The notes beneath the pieces are model-generated. The model saw only the letters and a list, made by a program, of their open reading frames with translations, had not been told where the DNA came from and searched no databases. Below are positions 35,103 through 45,352 of a stretch of DNA of 64,000 nucleotides, piece by piece (position 1 is the first letter of the stretch; the number at the start of each line of letters is the position of its first letter). The DNA comes from Deinococcus sp. (GTDB lineage: Bacteria > Deinococcota > Deinococci > Deinococcales > Deinococcaceae), in the NCBI GenBank assembly GCA_965261005.1, contig OZ253375.1, positions 1,632,001-1,696,000 on the forward strand, in the 5' to 3' direction. The translations under genes were made by a program, and so were the position numbers.

Positions 35103-35218
35103 GGTTGCTGCTCGACACCCATACCCTGCTTTGGGCGACCAAAGAGCCAGAACTCCTCTCCATAAAAGCAGCTGACCTCATCTCCGACACGGCCAACACT
35201 GTACTGGTCAGCGCGTCA
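35099..35218 (+). pseudogene. vapC: truncated VapC (PIN) toxin
   Basis: MRLLLDTHTLLW...VLVSAS PIN N-terminus, then runs directly into the antisense 3' end of prfC. Confidence 0.75.
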
Positions 35219-36812
35219 CCACCGTCAAGTCCTTCGGCTGCGGCAGGAACTCCAAGTCCGGCTGTTGCTTTTCGGTGTACTCCAAGTCCCACTGGCTGGT
35301 GAAGAGCATCACCGGGCGGCCGGCGTCGTCCTCGACGTGCTTGGCGAAGCGGGCCAGCTTTTCCGGCTCGCCGTCCACCCAGCGCACGACCTTGTAATTG
35401 GTGGGGGTGGTCAGCAGTTCCACGCCGTACTCCTCGCGCATGCGGTGCTCGAAGACCTCGAACTGAAGCTGGCCGACCGCGCCGATCAGGGGATCACGGG
35501 CGCCGTCGGTGGGGTAAAAGGCTTGCACCACGCCTTCCTCGGCCAGCTGCTCCAAGCCCTTGCGAAAGGCCTTGCGCTTGCTGACGTCCTTTGGACCGAC
35601 CGAGACGAAGTGCTCGGGCGTGAAGCGCGGAAATCCCTCCAGCCGCGCCGCCTTGTTCAGGCTGACCACGTCGCCGATGCGGAAGACGCCGGGGTTGACC
35701 AAACCGACGATGTCGCCGGGGTAGGCGACCTCGACGCTTTCGCGCTCCTGGGCGAAGAGGGTGTGGGCGCGCGACAACCTCAGCTCGCGCCCGGTGCGGG
35801 TGTGCGTCACCTCCATGCCGCGCTCGAAGCGCCCGGTCGCCACCCGCATAAAGGCGGTGCGGTCGCGGTGGTGCTTGCTCATGTTGGCCTGGAGCTTGAA
35901 CACGAAGCCGGTGAAGGGGGCGTCCGGCGCCAACTCGCCCGCCGTCGTCTCCAGCGCGCCCGGACACGGCGCGAGGTCCACGAAACGGCCCAGGAAGTGC
36001 TCGACGCCGAAGTTGGTGATGGCCGACCCGAAGAAAACCGGCGTCACCTCGCCGCGCAGAAAGGCCGCCTCGTCGAAGGGTTCCACGGCGCCCTCGATCA
36101 GCTCCACGTCCTCCCTGAGTTTGGCGTGCCGCTCGGCGCCCACCAGGTCCGTCAGCGAGGGATCGTCCACGTTGGTCACGCTGACGGGGGCGCGTGACTT
36201 GCCCTTCGTGACGCGCTCGAACAGCAAGACGCGCTTCCCCTCCAAATCGTAGACGCCGCGAAAGTCGGGGCCGTCGCCGATGGGCCAAGTCAGCGGCACG
36301 GCGCGAATCGCCAAGCTGTGTTCAATCTGCTCCAGCAACTCGAAGGGGTCGAGGGCCGGGCGGTCGAGCTTGTTCACAAAGGTCAGGATGGGAATGCCCC
36401 GGTTGCGGCACACCGCGAACAGCTTCTCGGTCTGCGCCTGCACGCCTCTGGCCGCGTCGAGGACCATCAGCGCGGAGTCGGCGGCGGTGAGGGTGCGGAA
36501 GGTGTCCTCGGAAAAGTCTTGGTGGCCGGGCGTGTCGAGCAAGTTGACGTGGCGCCCGGCGTACTCGAACGACAAGGCGCTCGACGTGATCGAGATGCCG
36601 CGCTGCTGCTCCATGCTCATCCAGTCGGACTTGGCGTGCGCGCTCCCCTCCTTGGCGGTGACGCTGCCCGCCTCCAGAATGGCGCCGCCGTACAGCAGCA
36701 ACTTTTCGGTGATGGTGGTTTTGCCGGCGTCCGGGTGCGAGATGATGGCAAAGGTGCGGCGCCGCGCGATTTCATGTTCTAGTTCTGGCTGGACGAGTTC
36801 AAGCTGTTCCAT
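35208..36812 (-). CDS. prfC: peptide chain release factor 3
   Basis: [51 protein letters not shown]. Confidence 0.97.
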   Translation of the reverse strand: MEQLELVQPELEHEIARRRTFAIISHPDAGKTTITEKLLLYGGAILEAGSVTAKEGSAHAKSDWMSMEQQRGISITSSALSFEYAGRHVNLLDTPGHQDFSEDTFRTLTAADSALMVLDAARGVQAQTEKLFAVCRNRGIPILTFVNKLDRPALDPFELLEQIEHSLAIRAVPLTWPIGDGPDFRGVYDLEGKRVLLFERVTKGKSRAPVSVTNVDDPSLTDLVGAERHAKLREDVELIEGAVEPFDEAAFLRGEVTPVFFGSAITNFGVEHFLGRFVDLAPCPGALETTAGELAPDAPFTGFVFKLQANMSKHHRDRTAFMRVATGRFERGMEVTHTRTGRELRLSRAHTLFAQERESVEVAYPGDIVGLVNPGVFRIGDVVSLNKAARLEGFPRFTPEHFVSVGPKDVSKRKAFRKGLEQLAEEGVVQAFYPTDGARDPLIGAVGQLQFEVFEHRMREEYGVELLTTPTNYKVVRWVDGEPEKLARFAKHVEDDAGRPVMLFTSQWDLEYTEKQQPDLEFLPQPKDLTVVTR

Positions 36813-36821
36813 GAGCGCTCC

Positions 36822-36851
36822 AAAGAAAAACACCCGCCGCTGGGCAGGTGT
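36822..36851 (-). terminator. intrinsic terminator in the prfC leader
   Basis: Minus strand ACACCUGCC-CAGC-GGCGGGUGU followed by UUUUCUUU, ending about 10 nt before the prfC ATG. Confidence 0.75.
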
Positions 36852-36895
36852 GAGCCGGAGGGCGCCCTTTACAGGTAGGCGCCTCCGGGCGAGGG

Positions 36896-36958
36896 TCAGT
36901 GCTGTGCGGGTGAAGGCGCGCCGGCAATAAAAAGAAAAAGTTGTGGGGCGCGCGTCAT
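36896..36958 (-). CDS. putative leaderless leader peptide of prfC ([20 protein letters not shown])
   Basis: TATACT (36970-36965), 6 nt, ATG; 20 codons; UGA-C stop. Confidence 0.6.
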   Translation of the reverse strand: MTRAPQLFLFIAGAPSPAQH

Positions 36959-37008
36959 GGGGTCAGTATACAGGATGATCCCCACCCCAACCCTTTTTGC
37001 CGTCCCGG

Positions 37009-38046
37009 TCAGCTTTCCACGACCTCGCCGAGGGGCACCGGCCGCCCTTCCCGCGCGCTTTCGTAGCTCGCCAAGATCAGGCGCACCGCCTCGCGCCCGT
37101 CCTCCCCGGTGCAGACGACCGGGCGCTCGCCGCGAATCGCCTCCAAAAACTCCACCACGTTGCGCGCGTGGGCTTCCAAGCCGGCGAAACGGTAGACCGC
37201 CACGTCCTGACCGCCCCAATCGGTGCCGGGCGAATCGCGAAAGACGTGGCGCATCTCGGGCGTGCCCGTGCGGTTGGTGTACTCCAGCGCGCCCTTTGTG
37301 CCGTAAATCCAAAAGGCCTCTTCCCAGCCGGTGGCGGTCCAAGCGTTCTCGACGCTGCCGAGGGCGCCCGACTCGAACTGAAGCGAGACCAGCGAGGTGT
37401 CCTCCACCTCCACCTCGAAACCGAGGGTGGCGGTGCGGGCGAACACGTCCCGCACGTTGCCGCCGAAAAAGCGCGCCAGGTCCATCATGTGGCTGCCGTT
37501 GTCGAGCAGGGTGCCGCCCCCCGAGCTGGCGAAGGTCCGAAACGAGGCCCGCACCTCGCCGCCGCCCCAGTCGTGCGCCTGGCGCAGTCGAATAAAGGTG
37601 ACCCGCCCGAGCTGCCCCGTCTCGATCATGCGCTTCGCCTTTTCCGCGTGGGCGTTCGAGCGCAGGTGGTGGCCGATCTGCAAGACCACGCCGGCCTCAC
37701 GACAGGCGGCGATCATCTCGTCGGCCTGCCCGAGCGACATGGAGATCGGCTTTTCGCACAGGACGTGCTTGCCCGCCCGCGCCGCCGCCAGGGTCGCGGG
37801 AAAGTGCAGGGCGTTGGGCAAACAGACGCTGACGGCCTCCACCTCCGGGTCGGCGCAGAGGGCTTCAAAGTCGGCGTAGCCGCGCGGCACGTTCCACTGG
37901 GCCTGGGCGCGGGCGAGCGTCTCCGGGTCGGCGTCGGCGACCGCGACCACCTGAGCGCCGCCCGCCGCGTAGCCCGCGAAGTGAAAGCGCGACACGCCCC
38001 CGCCGCCGATGACGCCGACCTTCATGCCGGCTCCGGGCAGGGTCAC
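37009..38046 (-). CDS. Gfo/Idh/MocA-family oxidoreductase
   Basis: [31 protein letters not shown] overlap with ThuA gene. Confidence 0.92.
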   Translation of the reverse strand: MTLPGAGMKVGVIGGGGVSRFHFAGYAAGGAQVVAVADADPETLARAQAQWNVPRGYADFEALCADPEVEAVSVCLPNALHFPATLAAARAGKHVLCEKPISMSLGQADEMIAACREAGVVLQIGHHLRSNAHAEKAKRMIETGQLGRVTFIRLRQAHDWGGGEVRASFRTFASSGGGTLLDNGSHMMDLARFFGGNVRDVFARTATLGFEVEVEDTSLVSLQFESGALGSVENAWTATGWEEAFWIYGTKGALEYTNRTGTPEMRHVFRDSPGTDWGGQDVAVYRFAGLEAHARNVVEFLEAIRGERPVVCTGEDGREAVRLILASYESAREGRPVPLGEVVES

Positions 38047-38783
38047 GCCGTCTCCCCCTCGATGGGCGGGCGGTTGCCAAAGGCGCGCGGCGCGCCGGGG
38101 GTGGGGGCGGCCCAGCGCACGGCGTTCTCGATCACCCGCTGAATCTCCGGGTTGTGGTAGGTCGGGTAGGTCTCGTGGCCGGGGCGGAAGTAAAAGATTT
38201 TGCCGCTGCCGCGCGTGTAGCACGCTCCCGAGCGAAACAGCTCACCGCCCGAGAACCAGCTGAGAAACACCAGCGTCTCGGGCGGGGGCACGTCGAAGAA
38301 CTCGCCGTACATCTCCTCGCTTGGCAGCTCGATGGTCTCGCCCAGGCCCTGCGCGATGGGGTGGCCGGGGGCCACGACCCACAGCCGCTCGTGGTCGTCC
38401 CCCTCACGCCACTTGAGGTCGCAGCCCGTGCCCATCAGCTTCCTGAAGATCTTGGAGAAGTGCGCGGAGTGCAGCGCGATCAGGCCCATGCCGTCCAGCA
38501 CGCGCCCATAGACGCGCTCGACGATTTCATCCGCCACCTCGCCGTGCGCCAGGTGACCCCACCACACCAGTACGTCGGTCCTGTCCAGCACCTCCTCCGT
38601 CAAACCGTGCTCGGGTTCGTCGAGGGTGGCGGTGCGCGTCTCGATGCCGGCCTCACGCAGGGCGCCCGCGATGGTCGCGTGCATGCCGTCCGGGTAGATT
38701 TCTTGCACCTTGGGGTTCTTGCGCTCGTGCCGGAACTCGTTCCAGACGGTGACGCGGGGGGGACTGCTGGGGGTTTCTGGCAT
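38043..38783 (-). CDS. ThuA-like trehalose utilization protein
   Basis: [43 protein letters not shown]. Confidence 0.92.
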   Translation of the reverse strand: MPETPSSPPRVTVWNEFRHERKNPKVQEIYPDGMHATIAGALREAGIETRTATLDEPEHGLTEEVLDRTDVLVWWGHLAHGEVADEIVERVYGRVLDGMGLIALHSAHFSKIFRKLMGTGCDLKWREGDDHERLWVVAPGHPIAQGLGETIELPSEEMYGEFFDVPPPETLVFLSWFSGGELFRSGACYTRGSGKIFYFRPGHETYPTYHNPEIQRVIENAVRWAAPTPGAPRAFGNRPPIEGETA

Positions 38784-38840
38784 GTCCCGCCCAGCCTACA
38801 GCGCGCACGAAAAGCGGGAACGGGGCTGGCACAAAGCGGC

Positions 38841-40106
38841 CTACACCGATCCTTTAATCCGCACGATGGCGCGAAAGTCGTTCACGTTGGTCCCGGTCGG
38901 CCCGGTCACGACCAAGTCGCCCAGCCGCCCGAAAAAGCCGTGGGCGTCGCTGGCCTCCAGAAAGGCGCGCGGGTCCAGACCCGATTCTTGCGCCCGGTCC
39001 AAGGTGTCCGGCGTCAGCACGGCCCCGGCCGCAAAGCTCGACCCGTCTATGCCGTCAGTGTCGGCGGCCAGGGCGAAAAAAGGGGCGCCCCCCAGTTCGA
39101 GGGCGAGGGCCAGCAGAAACTCCAGGTTGCGCCCACCTCGCCCGGCCCCCTTGCCGACGACGGTGGTGGTCTCGCCCCCCGACAGCAGCGCCTCGCCGGG
39201 GCCAAGCTTCAGAGCTTCCCGCGCGTGCGCCCGCGCCGCCGCCCGCGACGGCCCCTCGATCTCGTCGCTGAGAAGTCGGGCCGGCACGTTCTTCTCCACC
39301 AAAAAGCCCTGAGCCGCCCCCAACGCCGCCCTGTTCGTCACGATCAAACGGTTCTCGACCCGCTCAAACACCGGGTCGCCCGGCTTCGGCGTTTCCGGCA
39401 GCTCGCCCTCGGCGCCACGCAGCAGGTGACGCCGCGCCGCCGGGGCCGCGATCCCGTAGCGTTCCAGAATCACCAGCGCCTCCATAAAGGTGCTGCGGTC
39501 GGGCGCCGTCGGGCCGGAGGCGACCGTGCTCAGGTCGTCGCCCACCACGTCCGAGACGATCAGGCTGACCACCTTGGCCGGCATACACGCCCGCGCCAAC
39601 TGCCCGCCCTTCACGCGCGACAGGTGTTTGCGCACGGCGTTGATCTGATGAATGCTGGCCCCGCTCGCCAGCAGGTCCACGCTCAGGGCCGCCTTTTCCT
39701 CCAGCGTCACGCCCCACGGCGCGCTCAGCAGGGCCGAGCCGCCGCCCGACAGCAGGCACAGCACCAGGTCGTCGCGCGTGAGATCAGAAACGGCGGCCAA
39801 AATCTCTCCTGCGGCCCGCGCGCCGGCCCCATCTGGCACGGGATGGGCGGCCTCCAGCACCCGGACGTGCTGCGGCGGTTCGCCAGTGTGACCGTAACCA
39901 GTGTGGCCGTAAGGCGTCACGACCACCCCGGAGAGCGGCCCGTCCCAAGCGGCCTCCAAGGCGCGCGCCATGCCCGCCGCCGCCTTGCCCGCCCCCACCA
40001 CAACTGTCTTGCCGAACGGTTTCGGCGGCAGGTGGGCGGCCAGCACCCGCTCCGGCCGGGCCGCGTCCACCGCCGCCCGCAAGGCGCCCAGCAGGATGTC
40101 ACGCAC
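38841..40106 (-). CDS. glycerate 2-kinase (MOFRL family)
   Basis: GAGKAA, AAHPVPD, SGGGSAL, SDVVGDD, GGETT, GGRN, TDGIDG, TGTNVND; GGAGG RBS favours GTG 40106. Confidence 0.93.
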   Translation of the reverse strand: MRDILLGALRAAVDAARPERVLAAHLPPKPFGKTVVVGAGKAAAGMARALEAAWDGPLSGVVVTPYGHTGYGHTGEPPQHVRVLEAAHPVPDGAGARAAGEILAAVSDLTRDDLVLCLLSGGGSALLSAPWGVTLEEKAALSVDLLASGASIHQINAVRKHLSRVKGGQLARACMPAKVVSLIVSDVVGDDLSTVASGPTAPDRSTFMEALVILERYGIAAPAARRHLLRGAEGELPETPKPGDPVFERVENRLIVTNRAALGAAQGFLVEKNVPARLLSDEIEGPSRAAARAHAREALKLGPGEALLSGGETTTVVGKGAGRGGRNLEFLLALALELGGAPFFALAADTDGIDGSSFAAGAVLTPDTLDRAQESGLDPRAFLEASDAHGFFGRLGDLVVTGPTGTNVNDFRAIVRIKGSV

Positions 40107-40191
40107 GTTCAGCTTCCTCCCACGCTGCACGCAGTCTATTCACAAGTGCCCCCCAGCAAGTTCACACCGGCGCATGAGACGCTGGACTCCT

Positions 40192-41166
40192 ATGACGCTT
40201 TCCTTTCGCGCGGCGCTGCTGCTCGGCGCGCTGACTTTATCCGGCGCTGCCCACGCCCAGCAGGGCAAACCCGATCCCCAGGGCCTCAACATCGAGACCA
40301 TGCGGGAACAGAGCTATCTCGGCAGCGCCATCACCATTGAGCGCACCCTCAAGGCCGGCACCAACTACAAGCGCTACGTCGCCTCCTACACGTCGCAGGG
40401 CCTCAAGATCAACGCCCTCTTGACCGTGCCGAACGGCACCCCGCCCCAGGGGGGCTGGCCGGCCATCATCTTCAACCACGGCTACATTCCGCCCAACGTG
40501 TACCGCACGACCGAGCGCTACGTGGCCTACCAAGACGCCTTTGCCAGAAACGGCTTCGTCACCTTCAAGTCGGATTATCGGGGGCACGGCAGCTCGCAGG
40601 GGGAGGCGGTCAGCGCCTACTGGTCGCCCGCCGACACCGCCGACGTGCTGAACGCCACCGCCAGCATTCAGAAATACAAGAACGTCAACCCAGAGCGCAT
40701 CGGCATGTGGGGCCACTCGATGGGCGGCAACATCACCCTGCGCGCCATGGTGGTGGACCCGAACATCAAGGCCGGCGTGATTTGGGGTGGCGTGGTCGCC
40801 CCCTACAGCGACATCCTGAACAACTGGACCCACCGCCCCGGCGCCGAAGCCCCGCCGCCGAACGCCAGAAAGAACCGCCAAGAGATTCTGGCGAAGTTCG
40901 GCACGCCGAAGTCCAACCCCGACTTTTGGAACGCCATTGACCCGACCAGCTTCTTAAAGGACCTGAACGGCCGCCCCATCCAGATTCACCACAGCACCAC
41001 CGACGAGGAGGTGCCCTACGCTTTCGGCACGACCCTGTCCAAAAAGCTCAAGGCGGAGGGCGAGAACGCGACCTTTTTTGCCTACCCCGGCGACAACCAC
41101 AACATCAGCAAGAACCTGAGTACGGCCCTGAGAAGATCGGTGGAGTTCTTTAAAAAGAACCTCTGA
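40192..41166 (+). CDS. secreted alpha/beta hydrolase (S9 peptidase-like)
   Basis: Signal peptide (AHA|QQ), HGY, DYRGHG, GHSMGG, DEEVP, DNH. Confidence 0.88.
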   Translation: MTLSFRAALLLGALTLSGAAHAQQGKPDPQGLNIETMREQSYLGSAITIERTLKAGTNYKRYVASYTSQGLKINALLTVPNGTPPQGGWPAIIFNHGYIPPNVYRTTERYVAYQDAFARNGFVTFKSDYRGHGSSQGEAVSAYWSPADTADVLNATASIQKYKNVNPERIGMWGHSMGGNITLRAMVVDPNIKAGVIWGGVVAPYSDILNNWTHRPGAEAPPPNARKNRQEILAKFGTPKSNPDFWNAIDPTSFLKDLNGRPIQIHHSTTDEEVPYAFGTTLSKKLKAEGENATFFAYPGDNHNISKNLSTALRRSVEFFKKNL

Positions 41167-41170
41167 GCGT

Positions 41171-41210
41171 ACCCCTCACCCCAACCCCTCTCCCGCAAGG
41201 GGAGAGGGGC
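41171..41210. repeat. REP-like palindromic element, copy 1
   Basis: CCCCTCACCCCAACCCCTCTCCCGCAAGGGGAGAGGGG; reverse-complement copies at 51946 and 56679. Confidence 0.85.
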
Positions 41211-41216
41211 TTTTCA

Positions 41217-42092
41217 CTACAGGATCGGGCCGCGTTCCAGCCAGTTCAGCAGCAGGCGCGTCACGGCCCCCGGGGCGTCGTGCTGGACGAAGTGGCCCGC
41301 TTCCGGCAGCGTGACCAGGGTGTAATCCTTTCCCATCCATAGCCAGGTGTCGTTGAGGGTGGCGGGCAACAAGGCCCCGTCCAGCAGGCCGTGAATTTGT
41401 AGGATGGGCACCGTGATCTTCTCCACCGGCCGCGTGCTCTCCCGGTACGGCTCCTGGGCGAAGTTCTGCTTGTGGTAATTCAGCATGGCCCCGAAGTCGC
41501 TTCGGCCCAGCGCCTCGCGGTAGCGCCCTCTGGCCGCGTCGTCCCTCACCCAGGAGATCAGGCGTTCCAGCTCGATCTCCTCGTGCGCCCCCTCCCGCTG
41601 GAAGCGGCGGGCGTAGGCGCTGGCCTCCCGCTGGGCCAGGTTGTGGGTCAGCTCGCGGGCGAGGGCGCGCGGGTGGGGCAGGTTGAGGATGACCAGCCGC
41701 TCGACCAGCTCGGGACGGCGCAGGGCGAACTGCCAAGCGACGGCCCCGCCCCAGTCGTGCCCGACCAGGGTGACGGGGCCGCCGCCGAGGTCCTGGGTCA
41801 CGGCCGCCACGTCCTCCAAGAGGCGCGGCATGGTGTAGCGCTCGCCCCCCTGCGGCTGCCCGCTCAGGTTGTAGCCGCGCAAGTCGGGCGCGGCCACCTT
41901 GTAGCCCGCCCCGGCCAGCGCCGGCATCTGGTGGCGCCAGGTGTACCAGTAGTCGGGAAAGCCGTGCAGCATCACCACCGGCGCCCCCTCACCCAGGGCG
42001 GCGTAGTGAAGGCGAACGTCGCCGCTCTGGACGAAGTGGTGGGAGACGCGGTCTTCGAGTTCGCTGGGTTCGAGGTCGGCGGCTTGGGTCAT
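41217..42092 (-). CDS. alpha/beta hydrolase (epoxide hydrolase-like)
   Basis: LHGFP, DLRGYN, GHDWGG, AGHFVQ. Confidence 0.92.
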   Translation of the reverse strand: MTQAADLEPSELEDRVSHHFVQSGDVRLHYAALGEGAPVVMLHGFPDYWYTWRHQMPALAGAGYKVAAPDLRGYNLSGQPQGGERYTMPRLLEDVAAVTQDLGGGPVTLVGHDWGGAVAWQFALRRPELVERLVILNLPHPRALARELTHNLAQREASAYARRFQREGAHEEIELERLISWVRDDAARGRYREALGRSDFGAMLNYHKQNFAQEPYRESTRPVEKITVPILQIHGLLDGALLPATLNDTWLWMGKDYTLVTLPEAGHFVQHDAPGAVTRLLLNWLERGPIL

Positions 42093-42149
42093 GCCGTATT
42101 GTGGTCCTGATTTTAGGAGCCGCGCTGCCCGGCAAGCCCACAATCAAAG

Positions 42150-42177
42150 TCGCCCCAGCGCGCGGCTTGGGGCGACA
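42150..42177. other. GC-rich hairpin (possible terminator of the small ORF)
   Basis: GTCGCCCCAGC...GCTTGGGGCGAC. Confidence 0.55.
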
Positions 42178-42192
42178 GGCGGGTTATGAACA

Positions 42193-42372
42193 TCATTGCG
42201 AGGTCTGTTTGAGCTTCCTCGGTGAAACGGGGACACTCTTCGCCAGCGCTTCGGGGGTCAGCTTGCCGAGGTGGCGGCTGCCTTCCAAAAACGCTTTCCG
42301 ACGTGCTTCGGTCGTAGGGTCACGTAGCTCCGAGTAGAGGATGCGAAGGTAATCGGTTCGGGTAATTTTCAT
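42193..42372 (-). CDS. 59-aa small basic protein (not in ORF track)
   Basis: GGAGG RBS + ATG; MKITRTDYLRILYSELRDPTTEARRKAFLEGSRHLGKLTPEALAKSVPVSPRKLKQTSQ; hairpin downstream. Confidence 0.6.
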   Translation of the reverse strand: MKITRTDYLRILYSELRDPTTEARRKAFLEGSRHLGKLTPEALAKSVPVSPRKLKQTSQ

Positions 42373-42587
42373 CGCCTGCCTCCCACTTGAGTGTAAGTAT
42401 CCAACGCTTCGCCCTCAAGGACGGGGCGCCCAATCGCAGGTGGTCGGTACACTGCCAGCGATCGGACATGGCCTGCTAGGCTTAACCCTTTGCTCACTCA
42501 ACGCATATATTTGAAATACTTCCTTTATTCATGGTATTCAAATCTGACTCATAGCCAGCACACGCCGCGTTATGGGCGGAGGAGAAC

Positions 42588-45352
42588 ATGGAGAAACAGC
42601 AGTTGAGGCAACTTCGTTCCTGTTTGGGCGCGCTCTTTGTGCTGGGCACGCTGGCCGCCTGCGGGGGGTCGCCCAAGCCGCCGGCAGAAACCGAGGCGAA
42701 CGCCACACCCTGGACCATGCCGGCGGGGCAGGTCGGCGCCCTCTCCCTCGACGCCGGCGACAACACCCTGAGCAACGAAACCCCCACCTCCGCCACCAAC
42801 GGCTACGGCCCCTTCGAGAAGAACACCAGCAACGGTCAGGCGACCGCCGGCGACGGCAAACCCATCACCCTGAACGGCACCGTCTACAAGACCGGCCTGG
42901 GCGTCCACGCCGCCTCCGAGCTGGTCTACGCCCTGAACGGCCAGTGCGCCGGCTTCACGGCCTCCGTCGGCGTGGACGACGAGGTGGGCAGCAATGGCAG
43001 CGTCGTGTTCCGGGTGTTCGCCGACGGCAGCAAGCTGTACGACTCCGGCGTGATGCGGGGGCCAGACAGTACCAAGAGCGTGAACGTCAACGTCGCAGGC
43101 AAAAAAGAACTGAAGCTAGTCGTACTCGACGCGGGCGACGGCAAGAGTTCCGACCACGCCGACTGGGCCGACGCCAAGCTGACAAGCTGCACCGCCACCC
43201 CTGCGGCGGCGGGCAGCGGCCTGACCGGCGAGTACTACGACAACGCCGACTTCACCGGCAGCAAGGTCACGCGGGTGGACGCCAGTATCAACCAGACCTT
43301 CGGCACCGCCGCCCCCGTCGCCGGCATCGCGCCGACCACCTACAGCGTGCGCTGGACCGGGCAGATCGTGCCCAAGTACAGCGAGACCTACACCTTCACC
43401 ACCACCGCCGACGACGGCGTGCGGCTGATGGTGAACGGGCAGGTGCTGGTGAACAACTGGGTCAACCAGCCGCCGACCAGCAAGAGCGGCACGGTCGCCC
43501 TCAAGGCCGGGGTGAAGTACGACATCCGCTTGGAGTACTACCAAAACACCGGCGGCGCGAGCGTCAAGCTGGAATGGCAGAGCGCCAGTCAGGCGAAGCA
43601 GATTATCCCGCCCGACCGGCTGTATTCAGGGGTGGCGGTCCCCCCAAGCGGACCCGAGGGCGTCATCGTCGAGGGCAACGACGTCCGCAGTACCACCGCA
43701 ACTGTGGGGCCGAGCGGAGGCAAGATTACGCTCGATGGCGCCACCGTGACCTTTCCCGCCGACGCCGTGCCCCAGGACACCGCCTTCACCCTGCGCTCGG
43801 TGAGCATCAGTCTGGCCGGACCTATGGGCGAAGGTCTCTCGCGCAAGTACACCCTGAGCGGCGCCCTCGACCACTTCAAGGCGCCCATTCAGGTCGAGCT
43901 TCCGACTATTTCGGCTGGCACGGCCGCAGCGCCTGTCATCAACGAGCTGTTTGCCAGCAGCGGCCAAGGACTCAGGAAGTCGGCCATCGAGACCAACGCG
44001 GCCACGCTGAGCATGTACGTTCTTGATTGGCCGGAAGCCAGCTCAAGCGCGTCGGGCGTTCGGGCCATGGCGACTGGGACCAAGTCTATGGAGTTCGCGG
44101 ATGCTACCAAGCTGCTTGCTGACGTTGCCGTAAGGTGTCAGTCGAGCGGCGGACTATTCAATAAATATTTTTGTGAGTGCCCCAAAGGCTCCGTAACAAG
44201 CCTGCTCATTGATAAAAGAAATCAATGCTACGCAACTTCGGGCTCCAGCACGTCTGCTGGCGCCGAAGTGGTAATGTATACTGCGAATCTGGGTAACGTT
44301 TTCCCGTGTAAGGATCTTCGGTCCAAGCTCTGCCATGTACTTGCCGAAGAAGACATCCGCAACGAAATCAGCTCGGTTGGCCCTAATCTACTGTCGCTTC
44401 AAGAACTCCTTGATTTGGGCGCATGTAAAGATCGAAGTCAATCATGTGACTCAAGCGCGGTCGTTCACAATGATGGTTTGCCCACACCGCAATTGAACCG
44501 TTTACTCGGCGGTTTCAATTACCAAACTGTCTGTGCTTTTCAAACCACAGGATCGCCAGGGCAGAAGTACGAATGCATCGCGTACGACGCGAAACTGACC
44601 TTCACCGGACAGAAGGTAGGTCACGGTCAGTCATGCAGCCTTGATACAGGCGCCTTTAGCGCAGAATTTTACGTCACTAACTCCAAAGATAAACTTCCGT
44701 TCTGGTTCACGGATGTGCATACAACAACGACCAATCCTGATACGGGCAAGGCTCAACTGTTTACTTTTTCGAATAAGTGTCGGGTTGCTCAAATCAAGGC
44801 AATCAGCACTTTCGTTAAAGATGGTAAACGGCGCTCGATCGTCGCGGGAGACTTTAATATTACGACCAATCTAATCAATGATGGCACAACTACTCTCAAC
44901 GAACTCGCGAGCAATCCCGATACGCATAAACCACGCTCAGATAGACTGGATTACACCTGGTATCACTTGCTACCACCTGGTACTCAAACAGCATTTTCGG
45001 CGTCGCCAATTTGGTTTATCGGTAGTGCAGACCTAGACCATGTATTGACTAACTTCCTGACAGGATCATGTCATGTGTATCAAGATGACTACACTTTTCC
45101 TGGGGTTTCAGTGGCCAGAGGTGGAGTCGAGCGTGATCACCGTGCGGTGGTGTGTGGTATACAGGGCTTCGATACTGCAAAGTTAACGCTGAAACCCACC
45201 GACCACTCCGAAGCGGACGATGATGCAGTTGCGCCGGTCCTGCCAAGTGCGACCGTCAAGCCCTACGCCTATGGCGTTTATATGGCTTACGCAACTGCAA
45301 ACAAGAATGCCGAAGGTGCCACCGTCTTGGACTCACCGCAGTATATACAGGT
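42588..45352 (+). CDS. lipoprotein NPCBM/NEW2 + PA14 + EEP (endonuclease/exonuclease/phosphatase) domain; 5' part of an IS66-interrupted gene
   Basis: Lipobox LAAC; NPCBM (GLGVHA, VGVDD, DHADWADA); PA14 (YSVRWTG, ADDGVRL, LEYYQ); EEP motifs TAN, QE, GDFN, LDH, DH. Confidence 0.82.

Noticed and set aside
42509..42543. Imperfect inverted repeat ATTTGAAATAC...GTATTCAAAT upstream of the lipoprotein gene
   Set aside because: Gapped match in AT-rich DNA with no adjacent regulator; too weak to call
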